Source of the DNA: Octopus sinensis
Taxonomy: Eukaryota
DNA length: 64,000 bases
NCBI RefSeq assembly: GCF_006345805.1
Contig: NC_043005.1
Span: forward strand, 71,672,001 to 71,736,000
Reading direction: 5' to 3'
The notes beneath the pieces were generated by a model. That model saw only the letters and a list, made by a program, of their open reading frames with translations, was not told where the DNA came from and did not search any database. The position numbers and the translations under genes are program-made. Shown here piece after piece: positions 38,561-52,430 of this stretch (position 1 is the stretch's first letter; each line of letters starts with the position of its first letter).

Positions 38561-38864
38561 TTCAACAGGTTGTCATCCCTTTAAAAATAATTTCAAGATA
38601 TCAAGCACATGAAACATGGTTTATGACAGACAAGTTAGCATTTTGAACAAACTTGAAACTAGAATTATCAGTTATTTTTTTATGTTTCTATGCCTCTTTT
38701 ATCTTCTTTAAAGTTCACTGTGTGTGTGTGTGTGTGTGTGTGTGTTTTGCCTTTTCAGGTTCTTTTCCTTTAATTACTGATTGAGATTTTTATTTTTTCC
38801 TTTTAAGTTGGCAATGTGTGTCTGTGTACGTGCTCACGCATACATCACTCTTCTTTCTCTCTCT

Positions 38865-38918
<54 letters not shown>

Positions 38919-39107
38919 TTCAGTCAGTTACAGAAGATTCAGCAGCTTCAGATATTCTGATCCCCATTTTCAGAACCTTTAATCATTTTACACTCAATCT
39001 GCCTGGAGGGCCACTTCTGGTTCTATGACACAAACTTTGTTTTAAAATGATCTAAGTTAAAATCTTCCAGCAATGTTTCGTGTTAATTCAGGTTCCATAC
39101 ACCAGCA

Positions 39108-39109
39108 TG

Positions 39110-39181
<72 letters not shown>

Positions 39182-39185
39182 CAAC
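39108..39185. repeat. (AAT)n microsatellite
   Basis: Direct inspection. Confidence 0.95.
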
Positions 39186-39490
39186 AAAGTCATTTAATTA
39201 AAGTCTTCATTATACTGAAAGTTAATTGAAACAATGGCAGAGTATTTCCACAGAAATATGCCAACAAAATGGTTAAAATTGTTTAAATTTAAACCGTTCA
39301 TCAAAATTTCATGTTAATTTGTTCCAAACTTGAACTCAATATTGACAAAGTTATTTTATTAAATTTTTCATTATTTTCTAAATTAATTGAAACAAAGATG
39401 GTATATTCCAACAGAAATACTGTAACAAAAGTGTTCAAGACTTTTTCTGACCTTCAACTTGTTCTAATGTTACATTGAATTTATTGTTAA

Positions 39491-39670
39491 CTAGCAGTAT
39501 CACCCGGCGTTGCCCGGGTTTGTTTCGACCCTTTAGAATTGGAATTTTTGAAAAGTAAAAATTTTGCATTATGTAGCTTGTTATTCTCTTTAAGTGAGCA
39601 TTTTTCTGGTTGAAATACACCAAAAAATGGCGACACAGCAGTCAAAAAATCGTACAAAATAGAGAATTTT
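39491..39670 (-). mobile_element. Non-autonomous Helitron 3' part, 5'-truncated
   Basis: Minus-strand end CCCGGGCAACGCCGGG-TGATACTG-CTAG-T. Homologous to 61703-61880. Confidence 0.8.
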
Positions 39671-40064
39671 AATACATGCATATGATCGTTTCGAACTGCA
39701 ATATTAATATATAAATACTACAGTTTGAAACGGTCGTATGCATGTATTAAAATTCTTTTTTAAAATTTTAACATTTCTTCTCCATCATTTAACAGTCTGT
39801 TGAGTTTCTATGGGGTACCTTTCCATAAATTCTCAGGGTGGCCCCAAAAGTAGGTTTACACATATCACATACGCACTTTAAATTTCTTTTAAAACATTTT
39901 ATTACATTTAAATTTCTATCTTATAAACTGAAAAGGGAGCTTGACAAAATTAACTAAATTAGCATAGAATATTAGTTTCATATTTTTTTATAATTAAGAT
40001 CTAAACTGTTAATATATGAATGCTAAAGAGATAGTTGAATAACTCTAAACCTACATTTGGGCAT

Positions 40065-40245
40065 ATCCAAACAAGACACTTTCTCTCCTTATTTCTCTCC
40101 TTGTTTTTCTGTGTCCCTTTCTGTAGAAGGGCATAGGCTCGAAACGTAAAAGACTTTTTCTATTCCTGAGCATTATACTAATGCATCTGTTTGTTTTGTA
40201 CACCACCTGTCTTCGTCTTTTGCTTTTTCGTAAACTCTCCCCGAG
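40065..40245 (+). mobile_element. Penelope-like terminal fragment with the best-preserved hammerhead-like motif
   Basis: Homologous to 10123-10302. Confidence 0.55.
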
Positions 40246-41217
40246 ACATACACTCAGACAGACACACAGGCACACAGACACACACATGCATGCATGATGG
40301 GCTTCTTTTAGTTTTTGTCAACCAAATCACCTTCAAATCTTTGGTTGGTCCAAAGTACCATGCAGTGGGACTGAACCCAAAACCATATGTTTGGCAAGCA
40401 ATCTTCTTAACCACACAACCATGCCTGCATCGTCAATCAGTTATTAATAATTAACCTGCACTGTATTTATTAATAGATGACCTTTACAACTGCAACTGCC
40501 TTGTCAGCATAGTTTTTACTCACCAAGTAAGACGCTATTCTTATCCAGCTATGCATTTAATCTGTGCAAGTGTATTGATCAGAGAGGCTTATATGTAATC
40601 AATAGACTAACAATAAGTCTTTAATTCTTCATTGCTTGTCTTCCCAGATTTAGCTGTTAGGTTTCATCTCGTGATAAGCTAATCTTACATTGTCTTTGGT
40701 TTATTGTTAAGGGATCTGGAATACTTTGCTAGCATTTAACCCTCTAGCTTTAAAACCAACCATATCCACCTCAAATAGTCTACCAGTTTTATGTTCAAGG
40801 TAGCATCTCACACCTACCCTGCAGCATCATTCTAAAAGTATACAATTACATATCGCATCTCAAGCAGTGAAATAAAGTCACTTCTGTATAAATCCTGTGA
40901 AACTTTGAACAGTGCATCTTTTGGTGGGGTTTTGTTGGGGTTTTTTTGTGCGTGTATTTGTTTTTTTATTTTCTGTGTGTGAGTGTATGCTTGTGTTTTA
41001 TAACATTTAAGGTAGGTATTAAATATTTTTGCAATGACTAGTTTGGCTTCAGTGGTGATTCTAAGCTGGAAGAATTTACACTTGGTGACATACAAAATGC
41101 AGAACAAAACAAAAAAGGAAAACAAAGGGACTTGTCTTTGGATGAATCAGATATAGATGCTTCTGATTTTGTCTAGCAGGGAAGAGTATTTTGTTATAGG
41201 CACAGGAGTGGCTTGAT

Positions 41218-41567
41218 ACTTTGGGAATCAGACAAAAATTGCTGCAGCTTGGCTGGGATGTGTTACCCCACACTCCATATTCACCAGATATTGCTCCTTT
41301 GATTTCCACTTATTCAGGTCTCTGCAGAATAGTCTTAATGGTAAAAATTTCAATTCCTTGGATGACATTAAAAGAAACCTTGCTGAATTCTTTGCCATGA
41401 AACCACCTCAATTCTGGGAAGAGGGTATTTTTAAGTTAAAGGAAAGATGGAAGCACATTGTGCAACAAAATGGTTCATATTTCGTTGATTAAAAATGCAA
41501 CGGCAAGTATTTATTGACTTTTATCTTTCCTTTAAAAATCGGCATGAACTTTCCGGACAACCCAATA
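41218..41567 (+). pseudogene. Mariner (DD34D) transposase C-terminal remnant with right TIR
   Basis: TLGIRQKLLQLGWDVLPHTPYSPDIAP-[1-nt deletion at ~41299]-DFHLFRSLQNSLNGKNF...GIFKLKERWKHIVQQNGSYFVD* (stop 41490-41492), the YSPDLAP.D motif. TIR AAAATCGGCATGAACTTTCCGGACAACCCAA-TA ends at 41567. Confidence 0.9.
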
Positions 41568-44484
41568 GATTTGATGGATGGAGTGAGTTAATGTATAGCA
41601 CAAGTGTTTAATCGCTATAACCAAATTATCTGTGCCAGCTGTTCAATAAGAAACTTGTAGAATCATCTTTCTTGGACTCAAGAGACTATCATTATTATAT
41701 TATTACATATCCTTGATTTTAGCGAAAATGCATAATTACAAATCAGCAATGCTCAAACACCTACTGACAAAAATTTCAAATCTATTCATTCAAAATTAAC
41801 AATGTTATAAATATTGTTGGTACCCTCTTGAGCATGATTGATTGAAAACAGCGTGAATAAATAAGCATTACCTTTGACAGAATAATCTAAATGCTAAAGA
41901 GTTTAATGTCCACTTGCTTAAATATTTCAAACATAATCTAGGTGGTGTTATTTAAACTACGATCAATGATTATCTACGATCGTAGGTATTGTCTACAGCG
42001 GGTCTTTTTAGTGATGTCTAGGAATTTATTATTAAATGTACCCATTTGTATACAAGACAGTAAGTTTGGTTGGTAGGAGATCTAGTTACTACTTCTGGCC
42101 AATACAGCAAGCACATAGCAGCTCTCTTATTGGCGCCAAGATAGTTTTATGTTTACTAATGGTTTTTCTGAATAATAGTTCCATGAAGTACATTAATGAT
42201 TTACATTGTTAATCTAATTACATTTGATTCTTGATTTCCTTTTCTTTGCTCCTTCTATCATTACATTCAATTACTATTTTTATTCTGTGCAGGGGGAATA
42301 AAAATAGTTGGGGGATAAGAATTTTACTTCCCAACCACATAGTTTCAGGTTCAATACCAACATATGGTATCTTGGGTAAATGCCTTTTATTTTAGCCATG
42401 GGCTGGTTAAAATCGTGTGAATGAATCTGGCTGAAGGAAACTGAAAGAAGCCTGTTGTATATGATATGTATGTGTGTATGGGTGTGCATAGTTGTGACTG
42501 TGTTTAAGTGTTACTGTCTTCTTGCTTCGACACTACATGACATTAATAGGCAAGTGTCACCATCGTATGAGTGGTTGCCTTTCATTTCCCACCTTCTGAG
42601 ACATGCCTGCTCATGAGGAAATATTAGTTCACTGGGAAACAGGTGAGTGTTGGTGACAGGAAGAGCATCCAGCTGTAGAAAATCCACCTCAACAAATTCT
42701 GTCTAACCCATGCGAGCATGAAAAAATGGATGTTAAAAAGTGATGATGATGATTATGATGATGAATTTGTTGCCTAAAAACTCATTTATTACATTTCAAG
42801 TTGGTGTGTCATTTTGCTCGTGTTTTTGTTTAATTACTGAAAGTTTGCTGTTGTAGTTTTTAAAAAATTTTTTATGGTGGGTCAGGACCTATTATTAAAA
42901 TTTACAGTTTCATTAGTGGAAGAAAAGAAATTTAACTGAATCAATATTATTCTTATAATTGGTAGAATAGTGATGGCATGAAGCTGGCAGAATTATTATC
43001 GTGCTGAACAAAGTGGTTAGTGGTACTGGCTCTAGAATGAAGTATGCTTAGAGGGTACAAACCCAGGTCCAAAAATTTTTACAAACAAGGTCTTACTGTT
43101 CTTTTTTATTTACTTTTGTTCTTTGTTCTTTGAGAAGAAATCTAACTTTGAGCTACTTTTTACAGATCACTTTTTATTCACTGTTTTCTAAACCTCATAA
43201 AAGTAAGTATATGGCCACAGTCAAATGACTGAAACAAGTAAAAGAGTAAATAAATACCAGTTGAGTGCCAGGATTGATATAATCAACTAACGACCTTCCT
43301 AAAATTTCAGGCCTTGTGCCTAATGGTAAATGGATTATTGGTAGAATGATGGATTAAATACATTGTGAAATCTAGCCATGGGTTCACACTGAGTTCAAAT
43401 CCAGTCAATATTACCTTTGCTTTTCATCATCCCAGGGTTTAGTAAAAAAAACTACCAGCTGGTTGGTTTGACCAGTTTACCTCTTTCCCATATATTTCTG
43501 GTCTTGTAGGCTTAGCTGACAAAATAGTAAGAGCATCAGAGAAAATGTCTTGTAGAATTTATTCTGATTCCTCATTACAATCTGAGTTCAAATCCTACTT
43601 TCACTTTTATTCCTCTAGGGTTCATAAAATAAAGTACCAAAGTCAAATACTAGGGTTAATGGTAACGACTAACCACTCAACCTCAAAAATGCAGGCTTTG
43701 TGCCTTAGAACCTTTATTGTGGTGACATTAGCATGTCAGACAAATATGCTCTGTGGCATTACTGCTGACTCTCTACATTCTGAGTTCAAATCTAGCTGAG
43801 GTCAGCTTTGCTTTTCATTCATTTAAGGTCAATAAGTACCATTCAGGTACTGGGATTAATGTAATGACTTATTTCCTACTCTCACATTGCTGGCCTTGTG
43901 CCAAAATGAGAGAGAATTATTATAATTAAAATTTTTAAATAAATGAGAAGCAAAGATTTAATTATATAATATTTAATATTTTTATTAATTTAATGTTTTT
44001 ATCATAAATCAAATGACCAATTAAATGTGTTGCAATATTTAGATATGGACCCTTAGATTCTGAGATCAAATCTCGCCATAGCCTGCTTTATTTATCATAG
44101 TTTAGGGGGCTGATCAAATAAGTATTAGTCATGAACTGGGGTCAATCTAATTAACTGGTCAATTTCTCAAAATATGTGAGACATCATCAATTGAATGTTT
44201 ATTGGCAGTCAATCCCTGTGTCATAGTAGGTCATCTTGTTCTAATCTAAAGAAACAGAGAAATCACCACCACCACCACAACCACCTCAACTACCATCATA
44301 CTGGTTATACTAGTGGCAGTGGGGGTGGTGATTATAATGGTGGTGGTGGTGGTGGTTATGATAGTGGTGGAGGTTATGATAGTGGTGGTGGTTGTGGTGG
44401 AGGTTATGATAGTGGTGGTGTGATGGCAGCAGTGGTGGTGATGGTGACAGTAGCAATAGTAACAGCAGCATCAGCAGCAGCAGC

Positions 44485-44524
<40 letters not shown>

Positions 44525-45925
44525 ATGCTGTTGCTCTAATTAAACTGGAAATGTTCCAACAGGAATATCTGAGATGAAAAGATTAAGACAAAAATAACTA
44601 AAACAAACAAAATAAGCAAGCAAACAAACAAACAAACAAACAAACAAACAAAAACCCAAAATAAAGACAGAAAGAAAAAACATAAATAAAAAAAAAGAAA
44701 TTATACAAATCAATCAATAAAAAAAATGAGAGAAAAATAAATGAAGATGAGAGAAAAAAGGAAAATATGAGCTTTTAATCTAAAAACTACAGCACTCTAT
44801 TTTGACGGTTTCTTGCAAATATATTATGAGGCCGAGTGCAGCAAAGTTACTGCACTAACCCTATTAGTATGTGCATAAACTAATTTATGATTGGTACACT
44901 GATGAGTTGGAATAACACTGGAACCAGCAACATACTTTGTACATTTATTTATTTATTTATTTATTTATTCATTCTTTTTTCTCTGCATGTATCATATATA
45001 TGTGTGTGTGTTTGAGGTGGCAGGGGATTGTATGTGTGTGAATGTGTGTGTGTATGAATGTGTGTGTGTGAATGTGTGTGTGTGTGTGTGTGTATGTAAA
45101 GGAATGTGTTCTGATAAGTGTATGTAAATAGGTATATATGTATTTATATATGTAAATAGGTATATATGTATGTATATAAGTATATGTACATATGTGTGCG
45201 TGTTTGTGTGTGTGTATTTGTGTGTGTGCATTTGTGTCATATATAGATATGTAGTATTGACATATACACATAGATACACATATACGTGTACATATGTGTA
45301 CATTGACGTATACACATAAACACATATACATGCACACACACACACACAAATATAACTTCAAATTCACACATACACGCACACACAAACACTTGCATATGTA
45401 TCTATGTATCATATTCGTAAAGACACAAAAACTCGTTGTGTACGCATACACAAAAACACATGTATATGAACACACGTAAATGCAAATATGCATGTGTGTG
45501 TTTTTATATGTGATTAAGTGCACTCACACATGCATATACACTCACAGTATACACTCACATATGCACATAGGCAAACAAGAACAGTTACGTTCATGAATGC
45601 TTATATATGCATGCATTCGTATAGATATATGCATATTTATTAAATTATATTCCTTTCTGGTAAATTCAATTTAATAACTATCTTAGTCTTTGGTGTGTAT
45701 TAAGTATTCTAATTTTGTTCGTGATAACACCTACTATCTTTTATATATACATGCATGTGTGTATGTGTTTTATATGCTTGTATGTAAGTGTATACATGTG
45801 TATATACATGAGTCTATGCAATATCATCTGAGAATGTGCTTCCACATATTTGTACAAATGTCTCTCTGTCAATACACACATACACTTAGCTATGTGAGTA
45901 TATATATATATATATATGTATATAA

Positions 45926-46017
<92 letters not shown>

Positions 46018-46245
46018 ATATGTATGTAGGTGAGTATATATATGTGTGTGTATGTGTGTCTATCTATTTATCAATCTAACTATCTATCTATCTATCTATC
46101 TACTATCTATCTGTCTATCTATCTATATATCTATACACACATACATACACACACAGACATATGCATTGTGTATACACACAATGTATAAACACAGACATAT
46201 TTGTACAAATGTCACTGTCAATACCCACATACACTTAGCTATGTG

Positions 46246-46294
<49 letters not shown>

Positions 46295-46982
46295 ATATGT
46301 ATATAGGTGAGTATATATATATGAGTGTGTATGTGTATCTATCTATTTATCAATCAATCTATCTATCTACTATCTATCTGTCTATCTATCTATCTATATA
46401 TATATATACACACACATACATACATACACAGACATAAGCATTGTGTATACACATAAACACAGGCAAATATTAAAATGCACGTAGACATACATGCATGCAC
46501 ACAAACACTCAAGCATATACATGCAGCAATTCAAAAGCCATTTCTCAGCTAAGAACATTTCCGTTTAAAAACTCTAAGACTTCCTCCACCGAAACAGTCT
46601 TACAGATTTTAAAATGTAAAATGGAATATTCCAGTGTCCTAAATAGAAATTAATTAAATGAGGAAAACAAAGGTGTATATTCACTCACACACAAACACAC
46701 ACATACACATACAATAGTTCATGCACATAAATATATATAAATGTTAATTTAATTATATTTGTATGTATATATATATTGATTCAATTATGTGTGTTTATAT
46801 ATATGTATACATATATGTATTACATATATATATTTATATCCTTATATACATATACATATAGTATACATATATATGCACACATATATCTGTATGCTATATA
46901 CATACATATATATCTACATAGAAATGATATATATATACATATAAATTTGTATGAATTTATATACATGTGTATATATATATAC

Positions 46983-47014
<32 letters not shown>

Positions 47015-47066
47015 GTGTATATACATATATTTATACCATATATATAGTGTAAATATATGTACACAT

Positions 47067-47117
<51 letters not shown>

Positions 47118-47524
47118 AAATTTATATAAATATGCCTATATATCATTGTGTTGATTAATAATTTTCACAGAAGTTTGTGTGTGTGCATGTATATATATAT
47201 ATATATATACATACATCTGTATATGTATGAAGGTGTGTGTATGTGTGTGTGCGCACATGTCTTTCTTTTATTCTGTTTTCCTGCCATCACCTCCCACAGA
47301 ATAGGTTTTCCCATCAGATGGAACTCAAACTGTTCGCAATAATCACCTCATCTAAATAATTCTAACACATCCATCCACCACCAGTCATATCTTTCTTAAC
47401 AAGTTCTAATATCTATGATTGTCTTTACTTCATATTATATGTATATGTCTCCGTATAAACGAACACATACATATACACACCTATATACACACACATATAC
47501 ACAAATACATACCTAAATATATAG

Positions 47525-47594
<70 letters not shown>

Positions 47595-47854
47595 GCTATA
47601 TATATATATATATATGTACACAAACAAGCACACACATATGGTTTGTATAGGGAGTGATGCTTGTGGCAATGAGAGCTAGATGGTCATCATAATTATATTA
47701 TAATCATAGTCATCTTCGTGGTTGTTATGGATGTTCATAATGACAAGAATCAGCCCAGCATTCATGATTTTAAGAAACTGTTAACACCCATATAATCATT
47801 TGATATTTCAACCAGCCTCTCTACGTTTGTAACAGGAACACTAAGTATGTGTTT

Positions 47855-47868
47855 GCATGTGGGGTATA

Positions 47869-47900
<32 letters not shown>

Positions 47901-48225
47901 TGTATGTGTGTGTGTATGTGTTTGTGTATATGTGTGTGTATGTATGTTTGTATGTATGTCTGTGTATGTATGTGTGTGTATATGTGTGTGTATGTATGTG
48001 TGTGTGTATGTGTGTGTGTATATGTGTGTGTATGTATGTTTGTATGTATGTATGTATGTATGTGTGTGTGTGCGTGTATGTATGTGTGTGTCTGTGTGTA
48101 TGTGTGTGTATGTATGTGTGTGTGTATGTATGTGTGTGTATGTATGTATGTGTGTGTATGTATGTGTGTATGTGTGTTTGTATGTGTGTATGTATGTATG
48201 TGTATATGTATGTATGTGTTCATAC
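47855..48225. repeat. Long (GT)/(GTAT) alternating purine-pyrimidine tract
   Basis: Direct inspection. Confidence 0.95.
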
Positions 48226-49925
48226 TCATACATGTATATACATGCATATTATTCTACTTGTGTGAGTGTGTATATGTAGCAGAGAGAAATTACACGCTAT
48301 AAAATATTGCTCTAGATAAATTATTGGCTTTTTAACATCATCTCCACTTCAAAATATCATAGGTATGGCTTAAGGTGTTGTCCAGAGATTTGCATTCAAA
48401 CTGCATGGCTTCAGGTTCGGCCCTCTTGCATGGCACCTTGTGCTAGTGTCTTCTGCTATGGCCCACCTCCATGCTAACCAGGTTCTTGTGAGGAGTTTTG
48501 TTGGAAGGATGCTGAAGCAACTTGCCAGACATATGTGTGTATTTATGTATATATGTCAGGAATGGGAGTGTTTGTGGATAGTTCTATTGATATAGTAAAT
48601 AGTTGTCAGCAAGTATCACTTCCAGGAGCAATGCAATTCATTTGCAATCTTTTATGGAAACATATCAAGGCATGGAAAAATATTACTTTGTTCAGAAACA
48701 CAAGGACAGGAAGGACATTCAGCTGTAGAGAATATCTGGTGTTTATTACAAACAGACTTCCATGAAAAACATGCCTGAGCATGAGGAAATATTACTTTGC
48801 ATAGAAAGAGGTGTGGGCTGGCATCAAGAAGAGCATCTGGCTGTAAAAATTCTGCTTTGATAGATGTAAGCACAGAAGAGTGAATGTTAACCTTTAGCAC
48901 ACTTAGGCACATCATGTTGCCGTATGAGTTTTCTCCTCTGTAGCTTTAGATATATTATGCTATAATGTGAGGGGAGAAAACTCATACATTGACATGATGT
49001 GCCTAGAATGTCCAAAAGGTTAAATGACAACAACGATGATGATGATAATTAATCAATTCATACAACTGACTTTACTATCGTTTGTCACAAAGAAGATTTA
49101 AATAATATCATCTTAATTAAAATTTTCCTTAGATCAAATTCCCCTGTATTTCCTCATTAAGAGGTCGGTTTTCTGATAGTGTCACCTTCACTACCTTCTG
49201 ATGCCAGCATTTCAAACACTCAGTCTGTTTATGATTCTTTCTAATTTTGGTACAATGCTCAATTGGTACTTATTTTATAGACTCTGAGAGGATGGAAGAA
49301 AGCAAAGCCAGCCTCAGCAGCAGTTGTAATACCACTAAGCATTTTGTCCAGAATGGCAATGATTCTGCAGTTAACTACCTTCAGCATGTTTATCATAAAA
49401 TTAAAATGTTGAAATAAACACAAAAAGTAGCTGAAAAATACAATTGTAAAGAATTAATCGATTTATATTTATATATAATTAACCTATTGTATATTGTACT
49501 CAGGCATACTACAACTCATCAGGAAGAGTAAGCAAAACTGCATGAACAGTACATAAAATATGCACTGGACAGAAGAAAAAACAAAAACAGAAGAAAAAAG
49601 AAAACAGGGATGGTGGGGCATCAAGTGTACTGTTGGCCAATTTCAGGAAGCTTGGAAGTTTTGAATGATGTAGAGTCCCAACAACTAACAATTGATGCGA
49701 ATTGTTTATTCCATGCTTCAGTAATACTGAGCTAAAAATAAAAGCTGTTTCTGAAAGTCATTGGTGCTATGTTGTTTTTAAATTTTATAGTTCCTACATC
49801 ATCTTGAAGCCAATGGCTATTTAGTGGTACACTTAGGTTCCAGGTAACAGATTCCTAATTGGGAAACACAGCTCTTAAATATCAAGAAACAAAGTTAGCC
49901 TTGGCAGAATTCAAGGTCATATAAA

Positions 49926-50150
49926 AGGCAGCGAGCTGGCAGAATAGTTAGCACGGTGGACGAAATGCTTAGCAGTCTGCCGCTGCGTTCTGAGTTCAAA
50001 TTCCGCCGAGGTCGACTTTGCCTTTCATCCTTTCAGGGTCAATAAATTAAGTATCAGTTACGCACTGGGGTCAATGTAATCGACTTAATCCCTTTGTCTG
50101 TCTTTGTTTGTCCCCTCTATGTTTAGCCCCTTGTGGGCATTAAAGAAATA
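49926..50150 (+). mobile_element. Meta-like tRNA-SINE, full length
   Basis: AAGGCAGCGAGCTGGCAGAATAGTTAGC...GAGTTCAAATTCC...TTGTGGGCATTAAAGAAATA. Confidence 0.9.
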
Positions 50151-50756
50151 AGAATTCAAGATCATAGCAAGAAGAAAGTAACCAAATACCACAAGATATT
50201 TTCCTCTGATGCCCAAACATTTCTAGGCAATAACCATGGCTTCATGACCTTTATAATATAACTGTAATATTATGATAATCAGTAACAGGTTTATCCTCAT
50301 CTAGTTTCTGTTTTACATAAATATATTATTGATCTGGCTCATTTTCAGTTTTCACTTTATGTAAATTATATATTCTGAGCTTTTGGGCTAAGAATAATTA
50401 GATTTTTCTGCTCTTATTGTGTATATGAATGTTTATTACTCTTTCATCTTTCTGTCACTATTCATATATATATATGTGTGTGTGTGTGCCTATGTGTATG
50501 TATATATATATATGCATGTAAACATGTGTATATGTATAGTCATACATATATATATGTATACATGTATGTATATATGTATATATATACATATAAATATACA
50601 TATCTGTATATATATATACATATAAATATACATATATGTATATATATACATATAAATGTACACACACACATATATATATATATAAAGTAACAATTTTTGC
50701 CAACATAGTGTAGTAGTCCCATTTTGGGGCAAATGCTACTGTTGCTTAGCACCAGG

Positions 50757-50806
<50 letters not shown>

Positions 50807-52137
50807 GTATATTTATATGTGTGTGTGTATATATATATGTATATATATGTTTATATGTGCATGTGTGTGTGTATATATATATATGTATATATATGTTTAT
50901 ATGTGTGTGTGTGTGTATATATATACATGTATATATATGTTTATATATATGTGTGTGTAAATAAATTATATATATATGTATATATATGTGTGTGTATGTA
51001 AATAAATTATATATATATGTGTATATATGTATATGTCTGTGTAAATATATTATATGTATATGTATTTTATACATATATATAATATATTGTTATATTATAT
51101 ATCATTTTCATATACATATTGTTATACATATATGGGTGAGGTGTGTACATCTGAATGTATATACAGACACACACACACACATATATTGTTAATGAGTTTG
51201 AAATAATTACATTACACCCAAACTCCAATTATCTAATAAGACTAATTACTTGACAGACAAAAGAATTCTGCTTCCCACTAAAATTCATTCTCTCGCAATA
51301 TTTATTCCGATATTATCTTCCAGTAATAACCAATGATTTCCTTCTATTAATGACACCAGCTTTGTTGGAATCGTCTCTCTCTCCCTCCTTCCCTCCCACC
51401 CACCTCTCTTTCTTTCTCTGAAAGAGGTTCACTTGTTAGAGTTTAAGTTGTTTGCTTTTATTGTTGTTAACGTTATTGTTGGTGTAGTTTGTGCTTTGTT
51501 ATTGATTGTATTGTTGTTAACAATTGTTTTTTTTTGGGGGGGGGGCAGGAGGAGGTCTTTTTTTTTAAAAAAGAAATGGACAATCACATCTGAATCTGTC
51601 TACGAGTTATAAAGAAACTGAAAATCTGACACTTGTTCTTCGTTTCGATGCATACATAATTATACAAAATAGCTTTCAACAGGATATTTCCAAGGACCAA
51701 TGGTTGAGACTACGTGTGGCCAATCGTCCATGCTACAAATGGCAGCCAAATTTCCTTCAGATAATACATCCTACAAACATCATTATCATTACCGTCATTG
51801 AATCTTTCAGCGCTTCAACCAGTCATATAGGGCCTGAGTATTCTACCTGTTATAGGTTCAAACTGACCAGATACAGTCTCTCACACCTACCCTAAAATGT
51901 CATTCTAGAGGTATACAATCACATCATCAATCACAAAGATACATGATAATACATTCTGGTCTATGTATACTACAGAATCAAGTGCATTGGGTTGCTCAGG
52001 GTCTCATAATGCTACTAAGACAGCCCTGGTGAGATGTCAAGACAGAAACACTCACACTCTCTCTCTCCTACTCTCCTCTCTTTTCTCTCTTTCTCTATCC
52101 ATCTGTTTGTCTATCTATCTATCTGTCTATCTGATTG

Positions 52138-52184
<47 letters not shown>

Positions 52185-52207
52185 CTGTCTGTATTTCTAT
52201 CTATCCT

Positions 52208-52430
52208 ATTTCTTTACTACCCACAAGGTGCTAAACACAGAGGGGACAAACAAGGACAGACATAGGTATTAAGTCGATTAAATCGACCCCAGTGCGTAAC
52301 TGGTACTTAATTTATCGACCCCGAAAGGATGAAAGGCAAAGTCGACCTCAGCGGAATTTGAACTCACAACGTAACGGCAGACGAAATACTGCTAAGCATT
52401 TCACCCGGCGTGCTAACATTTCTGCCGGCT
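52208..52430 (-). mobile_element. Meta-like tRNA-SINE, near full length
   Basis: Reverse complement of 49926-50150. Confidence 0.9.

Noticed and set aside
44899-44930. CTGATGA hammerhead or C/D-box motif
   Set aside because: No GAAA follows the short stem and there is no matching terminal stem or box partner.
51690-51735. Paired CCAAT boxes as a promoter
   Set aside because: The sequence is the reverse complement of a dispersed repeat tail (GATTTGGCTGCTATTTCTAGC family) seen many times in the window.
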